Positions 38,112 to 47,677 of a DNA stretch of 64,000 bases are shown here, one piece after another (positions within the stretch are counted from its first letter, which is position 1; each line of letters starts with the position of its first letter). Where the stretch lies: positions 1,052-65,051 of the forward strand of contig JAJZJF010000003.1 in assembly GCA_021810245.1 (NCBI GenBank), in the 5' to 3' direction. Below the pieces are notes generated by a model that saw nothing but the letters and a program-made list of their open reading frames with translations, had not been told where the DNA came from and searched no databases. Both the position numbers and the translations under genes were made by a program. The DNA comes from a bacterium (GTDB lineage Bacteria > Elusimicrobiota > Elusimicrobia > UBA1565 > UBA9628).

Positions 38112-39388
38112 AGGTCTTGGTCTTGGGTTCCGGGGGAAGGGAGCACGCCCTTTGCGAAAAAATATCCCGGAGTCCTCAATTGGAAACTCTTTTTTGCGCG
38201 CCAGGATCTGACGCGATTTCTCTCATTGCCCACTGCGTGGACCTCAACATCTTAAATCCAGATGAGCTCGCCCGTTTTTCCAAGAAAAATAAAATTTCCT
38301 TGGTTGTCGTCGGTCCTGAGGCTCCCTTGGCGGCCGGGGTCGCCGACGAACTTAAAAGACGAAAAATCGCCTGTTTCGGCCCCACCCAAAGAGCGGCGAG
38401 ACTGGAATCTTCCAAAGCCTTCGCGAAGGCGTTTATGGTGAAATATAAAATTCCCACCGCCGATTTCAAAGTTTTTGAAAGTTTTGATAAGGTCGCCCGC
38501 TATCTCGCTCAAACCCCGGAGAGGCCTGTAGTGGTTAAAGCCAGCGGGCTTGCTGGCGGAAAAGGCGTTTTTATCTGTAGAAACAAAAAAGAGGCCCTCT
38601 TGAGCGCCAAGAAATTGATGGAAGACAAAATATTTAAGGAAGCTGGCAGTTGTGTCGTGATCGAAGAATTCTTGCAGGGTCCGGAATTGAGCGCGATGGC
38701 CCTTATCGATGGCGAGTCTTTCGTCTTTCTCCCATTGAGCCGCGATCATAAGCGTCTTCAAGATGGAGACCTCGGCCCGAATACCGGCGGCATGGGGGCC
38801 TTTGCGCCTGTTTCCGTTTCCGCCAAGATAAAACGAGAAGTGAATGCGATTTTTAAAAAAGTTCTGCGCGGAATTCGACAAGAAAAGATGGATTACCGAG
38901 GAATTTTATATTGCGGCCTTATCTTGACGGAGAGTGGGCCAAAGGTTTTAGAATTTAATTGCCGCTTGGGAGACCCGGAAACTCAAGCCGTTTTGCCGCT
39001 GATTGAATCGGACATTCTCTCATTTTTTATGGCGACAACCCGGAAGAGATTGAAAGTAATGCGGCTTAAAGTTCGGAAAGATTTTTCGGTCTGCGTTAAT
39101 TTGGTTTCGCAAGGATACCCGGAAAAAATTAAAATAGGAAGGCCAATTAGGGGGCTAGAACGAAAACGCCAGGAGGTTCAAATTTTTCATTCCGGAACCG
39201 CATCTCAAAATGGAAAATGGCGGACCTCGGGTGGGCGAGTTTTAAGCGTGGTCGGAACAGCTCCTAAACTTTCAGATGCTCGCCGGAAAGCCTATCGGAC
39301 GGCGTCGCGGATTTTTTTCCCAGGAATGGGGTTAAGGCGAGATATCGCATCAACAAATACCAAGGGGGATTCCCATGGCAGCCTTTAG
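38108..39388 (+). CDS. purD: Phosphoribosylamine-glycine ligase
   Basis: MKVLVLGSGGREHAL, ATP-grasp (VVKASGLAGGKGV) and EFNCRLGDPE. The TTG start overlaps the purF stop. Confidence 0.95.
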   Translation: MKVLVLGSGGREHALCEKISRSPQLETLFCAPGSDAISLIAHCVDLNILNPDELARFSKKNKISLVVVGPEAPLAAGVADELKRRKIACFGPTQRAARLESSKAFAKAFMVKYKIPTADFKVFESFDKVARYLAQTPERPVVVKASGLAGGKGVFICRNKKEALLSAKKLMEDKIFKEAGSCVVIEEFLQGPELSAMALIDGESFVFLPLSRDHKRLQDGDLGPNTGGMGAFAPVSVSAKIKREVNAIFKKVLRGIRQEKMDYRGILYCGLILTESGPKVLEFNCRLGDPETQAVLPLIESDILSFFMATTRKRLKVMRLKVRKDFSVCVNLVSQGYPEKIKIGRPIRGLERKRQEVQIFHSGTASQNGKWRTSGGRVLSVVGTAPKLSDARRKAYRTASRIFFPGMGLRRDIASTNTKGDSHGSL

Positions 39389-39417
39389 AGAGAAACTTGC
39401 CTGTTTTAGATAGTTCT

Positions 39418-39636
39418 ATGGCCCATACTTTGGGGCGTTCGCTTATTTTCGCCGGAGGCGGGCTGATTGCGCTAGGGCTTATTCTTCTTTTGGCAGGGAA
39501 AATCCCTTATCTGGGGCATTTGCCGGGAGATATTCAGATCCGGCGGGGAAATTTCAGCTTCTTTTTCCCCTTAACGAGTTCTCTCATTATTAGCGTGGCG
39601 CTGAGTCTACTCTTCTCTTTTTTTAAAAGACGTTAA
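39418..39636 (+). CDS. DUF2905-family small membrane protein
   Basis: GHLPGDIQIRRGNFSFFFPLTSSLIISV signature between two TM helices. The ATG at 39418 gives the usual ~72 aa; the tracked ORF starts at TTG 39397. Confidence 0.7.
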   Translation: MAHTLGRSLIFAGGGLIALGLILLLAGKIPYLGHLPGDIQIRRGNFSFFFPLTSSLIISVALSLLFSFFKRR

Positions 39637-39651
39637 TTTCAGGAGGCAATT

Positions 39652-39816
39652 ATGGGAATGGTTGAATACGGAGAGTTTAAGGGCAACAAAATGATTATCC
39701 TCAAGCGGAATGCCGAGGACAAATACCCGTTTCAGTTCGGCCTAAGCAAAGCGGCTCTTGTCCTTGAGCACATCGAGGATATCCGCAAATTCGTCGAGGA
39801 AAATAAAAAAGCGTAG
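39652..39816 (+). CDS. Small (54-aa) conserved-looking protein, absent from the ORF track because it is under 60 aa
   Basis: AGGAGG at 39641-39646 lies 5 nt before the ATG. Translation is MGMVEYGEFKGNKMIILKRNAEDKYPFQFGLSKAALVLEHIEDIRKFVEENKKA, with stop TAG at 39814-39816. There is a loose resemblance to a PC4/YdbC-type ssDNA-binding half-fold. Confidence 0.55.
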   Translation: MGMVEYGEFKGNKMIILKRNAEDKYPFQFGLSKAALVLEHIEDIRKFVEENKKA

Positions 39817-39917
39817 AAACTCTTTTAGGCGTTTCCTCGTTGGTATTAAGGCCTTACGCGATCGGCGGTGGCAAGAGAGTTTGGCATTGCTCGCGCCAGA
39901 GTCGCGTAGATTTTTCA

Positions 39918-40688
39918 ATGAAACCATCCTATAGCGCGGCGCCCGATGGGGCTCTTGAATTCCCGTTTCTGGAATTGGGAGTTCCTTTTAAATTTGACCG
40001 CAGTATGGCTCAGCGCCTCATTCGGCGTGAAGTCAACCCGAAGGAAGCCTTTACTCTCAAGGACGCTTCCGGAGTTTTTTTTAGGGCAAGCCTCAAGGAA
40101 TTGCAAAGCGCTGGCGGTCTTGCCGTTCCGTACGAGAAATTTCTAGTTTCGCCGGAGCCTTCAGTTGATATCACTCTCGCGTGCGCGGTTTTAGCGCGGC
40201 AAAGAATGATTTTTGTTGCGCAGAAAGCGACCGAGCTTGGGGTTTCTCGTATTGTTCCTCTCTTGACTAAACACTCCGTTCAGTCTGAGGGGCTTGACCA
40301 TGAAAAAGCTCATGCCTGGCCCGGACAAATCATTCGCGCGGCGAAACAATGTCGCCGGAGTTCGCTGCCTGAACTTTTGCCTCCGCTTTCCTTTGACGAG
40401 TTTCTCTCGTCTTCAATAGCGGCCCAGGCGGATTTGTCTCTGTGCCTTGATCTTCTAGGCGAAGCGGCTGCGGAGCCGGCAAAAAATCCACAGAAAATAT
40501 TACTTTTTATTGGTCCTGAAGGCGGTTTTTCAGGTGAAGAGAGAAAAAAGCTACAGGGTAAAGCCGTGTCCTGGATTTTGGGAGGCCGTATTTTGCGAGC
40601 TGAGACAGCGGTTCTGGTAGGGCTATCCGCCGCGCAGCTTCATTGGGGAGATTTTCGTCAATTTCATGTCGAGCGCGAAAAAACCTAA
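39918..40688 (+). CDS. rsmE: 16S rRNA (uracil1498-N3)-methyltransferase family protein, paralog 1
   Basis: C-terminal SPOUT motifs LLFIGPEGGFSGEE...GGRILRAETA. The start is uncertain: ATG 39918 is preferred over TTG 39840. Confidence 0.78.
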   Translation: MKPSYSAAPDGALEFPFLELGVPFKFDRSMAQRLIRREVNPKEAFTLKDASGVFFRASLKELQSAGGLAVPYEKFLVSPEPSVDITLACAVLARQRMIFVAQKATELGVSRIVPLLTKHSVQSEGLDHEKAHAWPGQIIRAAKQCRRSSLPELLPPLSFDEFLSSSIAAQADLSLCLDLLGEAAAEPAKNPQKILLFIGPEGGFSGEERKKLQGKAVSWILGGRILRAETAVLVGLSAAQLHWGDFRQFHVEREKT

Positions 40689-40727
40689 ACTCCTCAGAAG
40701 TCATCCCGACTAGTAGAATAAAGGGGG

Positions 40728-41510
40728 TTAGATTTTTTTGACGGGAAACTTTCCCAAGAGAGCTTCCCGGCAGATTCGGACCACATCGGCGTTAAAATTT
40801 CCTTTCTCGATCATCCAGTTAAAATATCCGCGATCGGTCATGAGCACTTCCTGGAGCGTTTTGCCGCGATGCTTGTTTCCAAAACCAAAGACGGCGTCTC
40901 CGTTTTTCCAGATGAATTTTCCATCGGGATCCACGCGGTTGGGGTCGCTTTGCGCGCACCAGGCGTCAAGGCCCGCCGCGTCTTTGGGGAGATCGGGATA
41001 TCTGTCCACTTGAGCCCAGAGAATTTCCGCAGTTGCCCGAACGTCCGCTTCGGCGCGATGCGCGCCTGATAAATCTTTCCCGCAATAAAATTGATAGGCG
41101 GCCGAGAGATTTCGGCGTTCTTTTCGGGAGAAAATAGTAAAAGAATCGATGACCCGACGATTGGGGCCAGGCCAATCGACTCCCGCGCGTTTAAATTCCG
41201 CGGAAAGAAGCGGAATGTCGTATTTGGCGGCGTTAAATCCCGAAAGATCGGCTCCCTCAAAAATCTTGAGAACGGGGGAAACGAGATCGGCAAAGCGGGG
41301 CTGATGCGCGACCATCTCATTGGTGATGTGATGGATTTCGCTGGCTTCCGCAGGAATTGGCACGCCTGGGTTGACGAGAGATGAGAAGAGGATTTCTCTC
41401 CCGTCTATTTCCCGGCGGAGCACGCAAATCTCCACGATTCGGTCCTGTTGGACATCCGTGCCGGTCGCTTCCAAGTCAAAGACGCAGAGGGGGCGATCGA
41501 GATTGATCAT
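40728..41510 (-). CDS. DEDDh 3'-5' exonuclease (DnaQ/epsilon-like) with C-terminal extension
   Basis: ExoI VFDLEATG, ExoII GFNAAKYDIPLL and ExoIII HRAEADV. Start set at the ATG at 41510 (MINLDRPL...); the tracked 140-aa N-terminal extension overlaps the divergent ABC-F gene. Confidence 0.85.
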   Translation of the reverse strand: MINLDRPLCVFDLEATGTDVQQDRIVEICVLRREIDGREILFSSLVNPGVPIPAEASEIHHITNEMVAHQPRFADLVSPVLKIFEGADLSGFNAAKYDIPLLSAEFKRAGVDWPGPNRRVIDSFTIFSRKERRNLSAAYQFYCGKDLSGAHRAEADVRATAEILWAQVDRYPDLPKDAAGLDAWCAQSDPNRVDPDGKFIWKNGDAVFGFGNKHRGKTLQEVLMTDRGYFNWMIEKGNFNADVVRICREALLGKFPVKKI

Positions 41511-41618
41511 TGTCAGGTCTCCGCGAATCAATCGGAGAAAGTTATTATAGGAGTTTTCGTTTTGGGTCCTCAACGTGCCGGTGATAATTGGGTATAGAAT
41601 AATCATCTTGGATATATA

Positions 41619-43424
41619 ATGAGAAATGCGATAATAACTGGAGTGGAAATCTTTCTTAGCTGTCAAAATCTTTCCAAAAGCTTCGGAGCGCGGCCTCTTT
41701 TTGAAAATCTGACCTTTGGGCTTTTTAAAGGCGAGCGAATAGGGCTCATCGGCCCCAATGGAGCGGGGAAATCCACTCTCCTTAAGATTTTGGCCGGACG
41801 CGAGACCTCCGATGGCGGAGTTTTGTCCATCCGCCGTGGTCTTAAGCTCGACTATTTGGCCCAGGATGATCGCTTGGAAAACGCGCATGAAGGCGTTAGC
41901 GTTCGTGAAAGTCTCGCGTTGGCTCTTCAAGACTTGGGTCTTGAAGATTATGAAGTGGATCTGCGCGTGGAAGAGGGGCTTGATAAAGCCGGCTTTCGTA
42001 ATCCCGAAGAATTAGTCTCAAAACTCTCGGGCGGCTGGCGCAAGCGTTTGGCGATTATCGCGAAAGTCCTGCGCGAGCCGGATTTGCTGCTGATGGATGA
42101 GCCCACCAATCATCTCGATCTTGAAGGAGTGCTGTGGCTAGAAAAAATACTGTCTGCTTTGAGGTTTTCATTTTTGGTCGTCACTCATGACCGTCGTTTT
42201 CTTGAGCGCGTGACCAATCGCGTGATTGAACTTAATAAGCGTTATCCCGAAGGGCATTTCAGCAGCCAAGGCAATTACAGTCGATTTTTGGAAAACCGCG
42301 AGGCTCTCTTGGCCGCGCAGACCGCGCGCGAGGATTCAGTGCGCAATATCGTGCGCGGCGAAATCGAGTGGCTACGTCGCGGCCCCAAGGCGCGCACGAC
42401 TAAGCAACAGGCTCGCATCGACCGAGCCGGAGAACTCATGGGAGATCTTTCCGAGCTTAAATATCGCAATGCCCAGGGCCGGGCCGCCAATATTGATTTT
42501 TCCGGCAGCGAGAGACAAACTCAACGACTCATCACGGCCTCAAAAATTGGAAAAAGCATGGGCGGCAAGAAGCTTTTTGGGCCGCTGGATTTGACCCTGG
42601 GCCCGGGAGACAAGCTGGGGCTTCTGGGAGAAAACGGCAGCGGGAAAAGCACCTTGCTTAAACTTCTGTCGGGAGAGGCGCTTCCGGATGAAGGAACTCT
42701 CAAGAAGGCCGATCAACTGCAGGTCGTGACCTTTGATCAGCATCGCGAGCAACTGGATTTGGGCCTGAGTTTAAAAAAGGCCCTTTGTCCAAATGGAGAG
42801 CATGTTCTTTACAAAGGAAACCGTATCCATGTTTACGGCTGGGCCGCCAGGTTTCTCTTTCGACAAGAGCAGCTTGATTTTTCTCTCTCGCGGCTTTCGG
42901 GCGGCGAGCAATCGCGCGTTCTCATTGCCCGGCTCATGCTCAAACCCGCGGATGTCCTGCTTCTTGATGAGCCGACCAACGATTTAGATCTCCAGTCTCT
43001 GGAGGTTCTGGAGTCCAGCATGCTCGATTTTCCGGGGGCGCTTGTTCTCGTGACGCACGACCGCTATCTCCTCGACCGGGTCAGCCGCGAGATTTTATCT
43101 CTTGATGGAAAAGGAAATGCCCGATTTTTCGCCGATCTCTCTCAATGGGAAGATTGGAGAGCAAAAGAAAAAGGAGTTTCGTCGATTCAAGAAGAGAATA
43201 AAAAGTCCGATTTCACATCGAAAAAAACAAAAGAGTTAAGAGACATCGAGGCCGCAATCCGCGAGGCGGAAGCCCAAGCGGCCAAAGCTCAAATGGCTCT
43301 TGAAGATCCAGTCGTTGCCACCGATGCCGTGGAACTCTCCAAACGCCAAGATCGCCTCAATTCCGCGCGGCTGGCCGTCGAAGCCGCGTTCAAACGCTGG
43401 GAAGAATTTGAAACCCAACGCTAA
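41619..43424 (+). CDS. ABC-F family ATPase (Uup/EttA-like translation factor type)
   Basis: Two ABC cassettes (GPNGAGKST / LSGGWRKR; GENGSGKST / LSGGEQSR), no TM domain, and a C-terminal coiled coil. Confidence 0.92.
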   Translation: MRNAIITGVEIFLSCQNLSKSFGARPLFENLTFGLFKGERIGLIGPNGAGKSTLLKILAGRETSDGGVLSIRRGLKLDYLAQDDRLENAHEGVSVRESLALALQDLGLEDYEVDLRVEEGLDKAGFRNPEELVSKLSGGWRKRLAIIAKVLREPDLLLMDEPTNHLDLEGVLWLEKILSALRFSFLVVTHDRRFLERVTNRVIELNKRYPEGHFSSQGNYSRFLENREALLAAQTAREDSVRNIVRGEIEWLRRGPKARTTKQQARIDRAGELMGDLSELKYRNAQGRAANIDFSGSERQTQRLITASKIGKSMGGKKLFGPLDLTLGPGDKLGLLGENGSGKSTLLKLLSGEALPDEGTLKKADQLQVVTFDQHREQLDLGLSLKKALCPNGEHVLYKGNRIHVYGWAARFLFRQEQLDFSLSRLSGGEQSRVLIARLMLKPADVLLLDEPTNDLDLQSLEVLESSMLDFPGALVLVTHDRYLLDRVSREILSLDGKGNARFFADLSQWEDWRAKEKGVSSIQEENKKSDFTSKKTKELRDIEAAIREAEAQAAKAQMALEDPVVATDAVELSKRQDRLNSARLAVEAAFKRWEEFETQR

Positions 43425-43501
43425 GGTCTTAGGACGCTTCATTTAACTCTTGTCACGCAGCCGTCACTCCGGCGGGGGCGGGCAAGTGATACAATCTAAG
43501 C

Positions 43502-44884
43502 TTGAATACATTTAAAGATTTGAAACTGACAGAGCCTCTCGCTCGCGCCGTTCACGAGCTGGGATTTACGACGCCAACGCCGATCCAGCAGCAGGCTCTG
43601 CCGATCCTTTTGGGAGGTGACGTCGATTTTATCGGTTTGGCCGCTACTGGAACGGGGAAAACCGCCGCTTTCGGCATCCCGCTTTTAGAGAAAATCGATG
43701 CTCACGCAAAGCGCGTTCAAGGCGTTATCCTTTGCCCGACACGGGAGCTTGCGCTTCAAGTCTCCGGACAAATCAACCTGCTTGGGAAATATAAGGGAAT
43801 CAAAGCGCTGCCGATTTACGGTGGCACGGGATACGCGGACCAATTTGAAGGTCTTAAACGCGGCGCGCAAATTATCGTGGGCACGCCCGGACGCATCATT
43901 GATCACATTGACAGAAAATCTCTCAATCTCAAGGACGCCAAGGTCGTCGTTTTAGATGAAGCCGACGAAATGATTTCGATGGGGTTTAAAGAAGATTTGG
44001 AAAAAATACTGCGCGCGACGCCGCGAGAGTCAAGCCATATTTGGCTTTTTTCAGCGACAATGAGCGGCCAAGTTCGCCGAGTCGCCGACACCTATCTCAG
44101 AAAACCTCAAATGACCCAGGTCAATCGAACCGAGATGCTCTCAAGCACGGTGGAACAAATTTATTACATTGTTCGTGAGTCAGATAAGCCAGAAATTCTC
44201 CGCAAACTCATTGATCTGGCCGATAATTTCTATGGTTTGGTTTTTTGTCAGACAAAATCTCTCGTGATGGATTTGACCCAATATCTATTGGACAAAGGCT
44301 ACAAGGTTGACTGCCTGCATGGAGATAAGTCCCAAGATGAGCGGGAGCGCACGATGCGCGCTTTTCGGGACAAAAAAACGAATATCTTGGTTTGCACCGA
44401 TGTGGCTTCAAGGGGGCTCGATGTCAAGGAGCTGACCCACGTGATCAATTATTCAATTCCAAGAGAACTGGAGCTTTATGTTCACCGCATCGGCCGGACA
44501 GCCCGCAGCGGAAAAGCCGGCATCGCCATTAGCCTTGTTGCGCCGGCGACCCGTGCCTTGGTCAATCGCCTTGAGCACATGACCAAAACGCGTCTTCGTG
44601 AGGGAAAAATTCCCGGCCGCCGCGAAGTTGCCGGCAAAAAAATATCAAAGATCCTCGCTCGTTTTGAGGAACAGAAGCATTTTCAGCGCGCGACCGATTT
44701 GTTAGGCCCGGACTGGGAGCGCGCGGCCGGCAAGATGACCTTGGGCGAGGTCATCGGCCGCTTTCTCACTTTGATGGCTCCCGAGATTTTTGATGAACGC
44801 GAGAAAGAAAAGCCGCTTCATCCGCCGCATGTTCCCAATAAACGTCCCCAATCCTCCTACCACCACAAAAAACGCGGGCGATAA
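43502..44884 (+). CDS. DEAD-box ATP-dependent RNA helicase
   Basis: Q-motif (F..PTPIQ), AATGTGKT, PTRELA, DEAD (VLDEADEM), SAT and HRIGRTAR, with a basic C-terminal tail. TTG start. Confidence 0.93.
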   Translation: MNTFKDLKLTEPLARAVHELGFTTPTPIQQQALPILLGGDVDFIGLAATGTGKTAAFGIPLLEKIDAHAKRVQGVILCPTRELALQVSGQINLLGKYKGIKALPIYGGTGYADQFEGLKRGAQIIVGTPGRIIDHIDRKSLNLKDAKVVVLDEADEMISMGFKEDLEKILRATPRESSHIWLFSATMSGQVRRVADTYLRKPQMTQVNRTEMLSSTVEQIYYIVRESDKPEILRKLIDLADNFYGLVFCQTKSLVMDLTQYLLDKGYKVDCLHGDKSQDERERTMRAFRDKKTNILVCTDVASRGLDVKELTHVINYSIPRELELYVHRIGRTARSGKAGIAISLVAPATRALVNRLEHMTKTRLREGKIPGRREVAGKKISKILARFEEQKHFQRATDLLGPDWERAAGKMTLGEVIGRFLTLMAPEIFDEREKEKPLHPPHVPNKRPQSSYHHKKRGR

Positions 44885-45083
44885 AAAAGAAATCACGGAG
44901 CGTTCATCCCGACCTGGATGAATTTCCGCTGAACCTTAGATATCAAGGATTTCAACTCCGCCTTTTAACTATAAGTTTCTTGAAACAGATCTGATGTCGA
45001 ACTAGTCGAATAGGACTTTTGGCACAATTTATCTAGGCCCTTTGGCCCTATTGATTTTGTCTTAATTCATCTATACTACAAGG

Positions 45084-46181
45084 ATGAGAAAGCTTTTCAT
45101 GGCGGCGACGCTTTTATTCTTTTTAAATTCCGCCTTTGCCGAGGATATCGGTTGGCCCGTCTTTTTTAACAATCACGCGGGTTTTTCTTCTTTCCCGCCA
45201 TCTAATTCAAACAAGGGAGCCGTGCTCTATGACAGCGGCCCCAGTTTTGAAATCAATCATCCTTGGGATTCCGCTTTAATTAGCGGTTTTGGGGCTGGAC
45301 CTGGAATTATTTTGGAATTCGCGCGTTCTGACGGGCAGGGCCATTGGTCAAATTGGAAAATAGGATCTCTTCATGTTTTCCCGCAAGGGCGATTTTGGGC
45401 GAAAGTCTCTATTGGTTCGGGCTCGGGGGCCTTGCGCGTTCGCGCCGTCTCTAACGATCCCGGAAGTTTCTTCTCAATGGAGGTTATTGAGGCCGCGGTC
45501 TTTATCCATTCGCCTGAACAACATGCGGTTTCTGCTGATTCCGGCGCTTCTTATCAACCAGCGTCTTTTAAACAAAATTTAGCTTGGCCAAAACCTCTCA
45601 TTCATTCCCGCCGGGAGTGGCACGCGCGCAGGCCGATTCATCCCTCTGCCCCTTCCCATCCCCACTATATTACGATTCATCATACCGCGGGGATTGAGAC
45701 CCATTCTCTCAGTTCGACTTTGAAGGAAGTTCGCTTTATTCAGGATTTTCAAATGAATGGGCGCGGCTGGTGGGATATTGGATATCACTTTCTGATTGAC
45801 TCAAGCGGGCACATCATTGAGGGCCGGCCGGAAAATGTCGAAGGATCCCATACCGAAGGCTTTAATAAGGACAATCTGGGAATCGCTCTCATGGGAGATT
45901 ATAACCCTCCCGTTGATGATCATTTGAGCCGGGCTCAAATGAAAGCCTTGGTGGCCTTGGTTCGCTATCTCTCATACAAATACCAAATTTCTCCTAATCG
46001 GATTAAAGGCCATCGCGACTATGATCAAACCGCTTGTCCCGGAGATGAGGTTTATGCGCTTTTGCCGCGAGTCCGAGAGCTTGATTCTTGGCGCCCTCCG
46101 CTGGAATTTCCCAATCAAACTTCCGCCCTTTTGTCCCATTTAAAACAACCGATACTTTGGGACGCCTCATCGCCCCGATAA
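45084..46181 (+). CDS. Secreted N-acetylmuramoyl-L-alanine amidase (Amidase_2/PGRP-type) with an uncharacterised N-terminal domain
   Basis: Signal peptide. The C-terminal half has ITIHHTAG, WWDIGYHFLID, GSHTEG and GHRDYDQTACPG (zinc ligands of the amidase_2 fold). Confidence 0.85.
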   Translation: MRKLFMAATLLFFLNSAFAEDIGWPVFFNNHAGFSSFPPSNSNKGAVLYDSGPSFEINHPWDSALISGFGAGPGIILEFARSDGQGHWSNWKIGSLHVFPQGRFWAKVSIGSGSGALRVRAVSNDPGSFFSMEVIEAAVFIHSPEQHAVSADSGASYQPASFKQNLAWPKPLIHSRREWHARRPIHPSAPSHPHYITIHHTAGIETHSLSSTLKEVRFIQDFQMNGRGWWDIGYHFLIDSSGHIIEGRPENVEGSHTEGFNKDNLGIALMGDYNPPVDDHLSRAQMKALVALVRYLSYKYQISPNRIKGHRDYDQTACPGDEVYALLPRVRELDSWRPPLEFPNQTSALLSHLKQPILWDASSPR

Positions 46182-46255
46182 GCCTAGCTTTTGCTTTCGT
46201 TTGAATCCTTTTTCTTACTTTTACATCTAATAAACACGGAGGCTTTGAGTAATTC

Positions 46256-47677
46256 ATGAAACAGAGAAATAAACACAAGAGCGCGAAAGAAAGTCATTCT
46301 TTCGCGTTTTCTTTTTTAATCGGTCTGGGAATTGTGATTCTTGGAGGAAACGCCGGGGTTTTTGCCGAAGACCTTAAGATATTGAGCCTTTCGGATGTGG
46401 TCGAGGCGGTTTTAAAGACCAGTCCCGATCTTCAAAACGCAGACGCTAAAGTCGCGGAAGCCAGAGGTTCGGAGAATGAAGCGAAAGCGGGAGACCTCCC
46501 TAATCTAAGCGCGATGAGTTTAATGACAAGGGGAAACGATCCGGTTTACGCCTTTGGTTCTCTTTTAAACCAGCGGAGCTTTACCGCTCAAGACTTTAAT
46601 CTCGGCGCGCTCAATTATCCGGGCTATGTCGACAATATCGACACGGCTCTTCAACTCAGCGTTCCAGTTTTTAGCGGATTTCAGACTCAGAGCATGAAGC
46701 AAGCTGGGAAGTTAGGGTTTAAGCTCAGTCAAAAAGAGAAAGAGGCCTTGGCGCAAAATTTGCGCTTTGAAGCGGTCGAGGCCTATCTTCAGATTTTGCT
46801 TGAGAGGCAAATGCTTGATGAACTTTCCCATAGAGTTCAATCTTCGGAAAAAAAGATTTCCGATTCCAAAAGCCTCAAGGACAAAGGCTTGATACTGGGA
46901 TCTGATTTTTACGCGGCACAAGCCATTGAAGGCGGTCTGAAGGCGCGGTTGATTCAATCCCGGCGTATGCTTGAAGAAGCCCGCTGGCAGCTGATGACCT
47001 TAATGGGCGCAAGCGATGAGAGATGGGATTTAAAGGGGCAATTATATCCCACGGTCTATATCATTAAAGATAAAGACCAGTTGTTTGAGGAGGCTTTGAT
47101 TCACCGTCCAGAGCTTCAAGGCGCCCGCCTAGGGCGGTCTATCGCCGAGGTTTTACATCAAAAAGAAAAATTGAGTTTGCTTCCCCAGGTTCAGGCTTTT
47201 GCGACTTTAGACAGCAACACCAACGGCGCTAGCCCCTTAGCCACGGATAAGATGATGGGTTTGGCGGCTCAAATCCCGATTGCCGATCCCTCCTATTTTG
47301 CTCGTAAATCCATCGCTCAAGCCAAGGTTCAAGAGGCCTCGGCAGAGGAAAGGAGTCTTCAACAAAAAATCCATTCGGAGATCATCGAAACGGTAGAAGG
47401 ATATAAAGGTTTTGCCGAGGCTCTACCTATTCTAACCGAAACCCTTAAACACGCTCAAAAGGCTCTAAAACTCGTGGGCCCTCTTTACCGCGAGGGTCGG
47501 CAAAGCATTGTTGAGGCCTTAAGAGCCGAAGAAGGGGAAATGCAGGCTCAAAAAGCCTTGCTGGAAGATTCTTTCGGCATCCATTCGGGATATGCGCGAA
47601 TTCTTCTTTCAGCCGGGGATCTTGACGCCACTGGAATTGTCAAAATAGAACGGCATTTGGAGACGGGAAATAAATGA
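46256..47677 (+). CDS. TolC-family outer-membrane efflux protein
   Basis: Signal sequence and two OEP repeats with long helical segments. ATGA-coupled to the RND gene. Confidence 0.85.
   Translation: MKQRNKHKSAKESHSFAFSFLIGLGIVILGGNAGVFAEDLKILSLSDVVEAVLKTSPDLQNADAKVAEARGSENEAKAGDLPNLSAMSLMTRGNDPVYAFGSLLNQRSFTAQDFNLGALNYPGYVDNIDTALQLSVPVFSGFQTQSMKQAGKLGFKLSQKEKEALAQNLRFEAVEAYLQILLERQMLDELSHRVQSSEKKISDSKSLKDKGLILGSDFYAAQAIEGGLKARLIQSRRMLEEARWQLMTLMGASDERWDLKGQLYPTVYIIKDKDQLFEEALIHRPELQGARLGRSIAEVLHQKEKLSLLPQVQAFATLDSNTNGASPLATDKMMGLAAQIPIADPSYFARKSIAQAKVQEASAEERSLQQKIHSEIIETVEGYKGFAEALPILTETLKHAQKALKLVGPLYREGRQSIVEALRAEEGEMQAQKALLEDSFGIHSGYARILLSAGDLDATGIVKIERHLETGNK

Noticed and set aside
38252-38881. 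209-aa ORF antisense to purD, and a 97-aa ORF at 38176-38469
   Set aside because: These are shadow ORFs within purD. They have no RBS or motif, and purD coding is unambiguous.
41511-41930. 140-aa N-terminal extension of the exonuclease ORF (and the alternative-frame ORF 40838-41320)
   Set aside because: The extension has no exonuclease homology, overlaps the divergent ABC-F gene start, and the DEDDh ExoI motif begins right after the internal ATG at 41510.
43450-43495. TTGTCA ... TGATACAAT promoter-like elements upstream of the DEAD-box helicase
   Set aside because: The spacing between the -35-like and -10-like hexamers is about 34 nt, too long for a sigma70 promoter. Only an extended -10 (TGnTACAAT) remains, and that alone is too weak to call.
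45020-45036. TGGCAC-N5-ATCT resembling a sigma54 -24 element upstream of the amidase gene
   Set aside because: The -12 element (TTGC) is absent, and no enhancer-binding-protein gene is nearby. A similar weak TGGCA at ~39884 was dismissed for the same reason.
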